This document shows, one piece after another, positions 60,815 to 63,527 of a DNA stretch of 63,527 nucleotides. Origin of the DNA: an uncultured Mycoplasmatota bacterium (GTDB taxonomy: Bacteria > Bacillota_I > Bacilli_A > RF39 > UBA660); the NCBI GenBank assembly GCA_947166445.1, contig CAMVED010000005.1:1-63527 (forward strand), in the 5' to 3' direction. The position numbers and the translations under genes are program-made. How positions within the stretch are numbered: the first letter of the stretch is position 1; the number at the start of each line of letters is the position of its first letter. The notes under the pieces were generated by a model. That model saw only the letters and a list, made by a program, of their open reading frames with translations, was not told the DNA's origin and did no database searches.

Positions 60815-62758
60815 TTATTTATTTTCTAAAATATAATATTTTTTCTTTCCTCTTCTTATAAGGTTTAGTTTTCTATTATTGTTTATTTGCATGTTTTCAT
60901 CTTTTACTACTTCACCATTTAGAGTAATAGCTCCTGCTGTAAGAAATTCTCTTGCTTCTCTTCTTGATGATGCAATTTTATTATTTGTTAGTATATCTTC
61001 TTTATTAAAATTAAATCTTTCAATATCTTTTAGGGAATCTATTTGTTCATCTGTTAAATCTTTAACATTTCCTGAAAATAGTGCTTCAGAGATCATTATT
61101 GCCTCTTCTAAGGCTTCTTTTCCATGTAGGAATGTAATTACCTCTTCTGCGATTTTTCTTTGTGCTAGGCGCTTTTCTGGGGCTTTATTATGTTCTTCCA
61201 TAATAGATTCTATTTCTTCTTTTGATAGGAATGTATATTTCTTTATGTATTCTTCTACCATTACATCTTCAAAGTTTAATAAGTATTGATACATTTCATA
61301 TGGACTAGTCTTTTCTCTGTCTAGCCATAAAGCATTACCATAACTCTTTCCTAACTTTTTACCCGTTGAATCTGTTAACAATGGTACAGAGAAAGCATAT
61401 ACTTCATCACCATCTAGCTTTCTGATTAATTCAATACCTGTAGTTAAGTTACCCCATTGGTCAGAGCCACCAAACTGCAAATCTACGCCATAATTATCAT
61501 GTAAGTATTTGAAATCATATCCTTGCATTAACATGTATGAAAACTCTGCATATGATATTCCTACTTCCATTTGTCTTTTAACAAGGTCTTTGTTAATCAT
61601 ATATGATACGTTTATTGCCTTACCTACATCTCTTAAAAATTGTACATAGTTATAGTCTTTGAACCATTCATGATTATCAACTACTTTTGTTTCTTCTCCG
61701 AAAAGTTTTTTCATTTGGGCTTTAATTTTTTGGAAGTTGTGTTCTACTTCTTCAATTGCTCTTTTTTCTCTTTCACCAGTACCACGTGGATCTCCAACAC
61801 GTCCTGTGGCACCTCCGACTAAGATTATTGGATTGTGTCCACCTCTTCTTAGACGTTCTGCTACTAGGAATGTTGGGAATTGTCCAATATGAAGAGAATC
61901 TGCAGAAGGGTCTGCTCCAATATAGAAAGTAAGTCCTCCAGCATTTAATTTTTCTTCTAAGTCACTTCCTGCTTCATCTTTAATTAATCCGCGCCATTTT
62001 AAATCATCATATAGTTTCATTTCTTTGTCTCCTTTTTCTTTATTTTCTTTATTATTTTGATCCCATGTAAACTCTTGGTGATCACTATCAACGATGCCAG
62101 ATTCTATTTCTACATCGTAGTTTTCTTTTAAAAAGTTTATCATTTCTTTTTGAAGTTTTAATACTTCTTTTTTGTTTTCTTCAAAACCATCAATTGGAAT
62201 AAATAGATTAGTACTTTCTTCAGTAATCTTACTTTTTTCACCTTGTCTCCATGTCCATTTTCTTGTTTTCACTTCACCTCCTGATACATAAACATATTCA
62301 TTTTCTTCAGGATGTTCTACTTCTCCTCCTCCGAAAGGAGTGAATGTATCTGTTTCTTTTCCTTTTCTAATTTCTATATCACCTTTGAAATTATCAATGT
62401 CATGCACTCCAATAGGTAATCTATATTTTACTGATAAAGCATTACCTAAGTCTACAATTGGATTAATACTTGGTAAGTCTTTTCCTTTGCTAAGTCTTGT
62501 AAGAAGTGCTTCGATTGAACACATATATTTATTTGGGTTAATATCTATAGCTTTAAATGCTTCACGATATGGAGTTATATATGGTTCTTCTTTTACTTTT
62601 ACATCTTTAAGTTTTTCTAAAGCTTCTTGCATGTTTTCAGATAACATGTTTTTAATTTTATCATTTTCTTCTTTATTATCAAAGTTTTTAACAATAATAA
62701 CTCCAAAATATGCATTAGGTACTTTTTCAAAAAAATCTTTACTTACTTTAAATTTCAT
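60815..62758 (-). CDS. tyrS: B3/4 (PheRS-beta editing-like) domain fused in frame to tyrosine--tRNA ligase
   Basis: N-terminal SIEALLTRL..LPSINPIVD; TyrRS YIGADPSADSLHIGQ, QFGGSDQWGN, KLGKS, S4 domain; internal SD+ATG at 62020. Confidence 0.9.
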   Translation of the reverse strand: MKFKVSKDFFEKVPNAYFGVIIVKNFDNKEENDKIKNMLSENMQEALEKLKDVKVKEEPYITPYREAFKAIDINPNKYMCSIEALLTRLSKGKDLPSINPIVDLGNALSVKYRLPIGVHDIDNFKGDIEIRKGKETDTFTPFGGGEVEHPEENEYVYVSGGEVKTRKWTWRQGEKSKITEESTNLFIPIDGFEENKKEVLKLQKEMINFLKENYDVEIESGIVDSDHQEFTWDQNNKENKEKGDKEMKLYDDLKWRGLIKDEAGSDLEEKLNAGGLTFYIGADPSADSLHIGQFPTFLVAERLRRGGHNPIILVGGATGRVGDPRGTGEREKRAIEEVEHNFQKIKAQMKKLFGEETKVVDNHEWFKDYNYVQFLRDVGKAINVSYMINKDLVKRQMEVGISYAEFSYMLMQGYDFKYLHDNYGVDLQFGGSDQWGNLTTGIELIRKLDGDEVYAFSVPLLTDSTGKKLGKSYGNALWLDREKTSPYEMYQYLLNFEDVMVEEYIKKYTFLSKEEIESIMEEHNKAPEKRLAQRKIAEEVITFLHGKEALEEAIMISEALFSGNVKDLTDEQIDSLKDIERFNFNKEDILTNNKIASSRREAREFLTAGAITLNGEVVKDENMQINNNRKLNLIRRGKKKYYILENK

Positions 62759-62786
62759 AATTAGTCCTCCTTTATATTATATTAAT

Positions 62787-62975
62787 AAAAAAGTTCATAA
62801 ATTAAAGGACGAGCATTACCCGTGGTACCACCTTAATTTATGAACTTGTTCATACACTTTAAACTATATCGCGTTACCGTTTTAAACTCATGACTTGTAA
62901 TTCATATTACTTTTTGTTAAGTTTCACCAAACCTTAACTCTCTTTTAAATTTGTAATACTACTCTGAGTCAGTCT
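62787..62975 (-). promoter_or_regulatory. T-box riboswitch, tyrosine specifier
   Basis: AGAGAG..GGTGAAA stem I, GAAU-UAC-A specifier (Tyr), T-box AAGGTGGTACCACG, terminator AAGTTCATAAATTAA...TTAATTTATGAACTT-TTT. Confidence 0.88.
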
Positions 62976-62993
62976 CTGTTTAATTACAAGCAT

Positions 62994-63022
62994 ATTCTAG
63001 CATTTTTTTAATTTATTGTCAA
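62994..63022 (-). promoter_or_regulatory. SigmaA promoter of the tyrS T-box leader
   Basis: TTGACA-17 nt-TAGAAT with extended TG. Confidence 0.75.
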
Positions 63023-63045
63023 CTTTTTTTATTGCATAAAAAAAA

Positions 63046-63152
63046 TCTCAGCAACGTCCTATTTTCGCGAATCACTATCTTCGGCGCTGAAGTGCTTAAC
63101 TTCTGGGTTCGGGATGGAGCCAGGTGTACCCACTTCGCTATCGTCACTGAGA
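63046..63152 (-). rRNA. rrf: 5S rRNA
   Basis: CACCTGGCTCCATCCCGAACCCAGAAGTTAAG...GCGCCGAAGATAGT; paired ends CTCAG/CTGAG. Confidence 0.95.
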
Positions 63153-63222
63153 AAAATATAGAGAAATAATTCTCTGAAAACTCAGATAATGTATGACATC
63201 AAATAAAACCATCACAAATTAT

Positions 63223-63527
<305 letters not shown>

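Noticed and set aside
174-62843. Many short opposite-strand ORFs in the track (e.g. 174-572, 1412-1660, 10927-11241, 34065-34373, 62340-62843)
   Set aside because: They overlap well-supported genes antisense and lack SDs and motifs.

Overview
A very AT-rich stretch of a Bacillota (Bacilli) chromosome. Most genes, the tRNA-His and the 3' end of an rRNA operon (23S partial, 5S) lie on the minus strand. The gene content resembles uncultured gut Bacilli such as RF39 (inference, not tested). It mixes housekeeping genes (ruvAB, tdk, dnaB, dnaI, mutS, rsmI, serS, tyrS, nrdDG, dut, pyrBI, feoAB) with a remodelled sporulation set (spoIIAA-sigF without spoIIAB, sigG, ylmC, a cotJA/B fusion, cotJC). I found no integrase, transposase or CRISPR array. 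The top candidate for a new system is a compact minus-strand operon at 32.4-36.7 kb. It runs: sigmaA promoter, an unannotated 37-aa peptide (MKWEKPTAELKQGNKAIKISKENEKEIVAFSCDPPCQ), a 13-bp stem-loop, a radical SAM/SPASM enzyme, a stand-alone PqqD/RRE, then two tandem short-type aspartyl-tRNA synthetases, the second with altered active-site motifs. This looks like a RiPP cluster coupled to aaRS paralogs, either for self-resistance or for tailoring. Other highlights: a SpoIIAA that has lost its phospho-acceptor Ser; a B3/4 editing-domain-TyrRS in-frame fusion under a Tyr T-box, with an internal start retained; an unannotated 51-aa, 13-Cys metallothionein-like gene; a single-ring ClpA/B-like ATPase; and a miniaturised NifS-like protein. 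All functional calls come from motif recognition by eye; no database searches were run.
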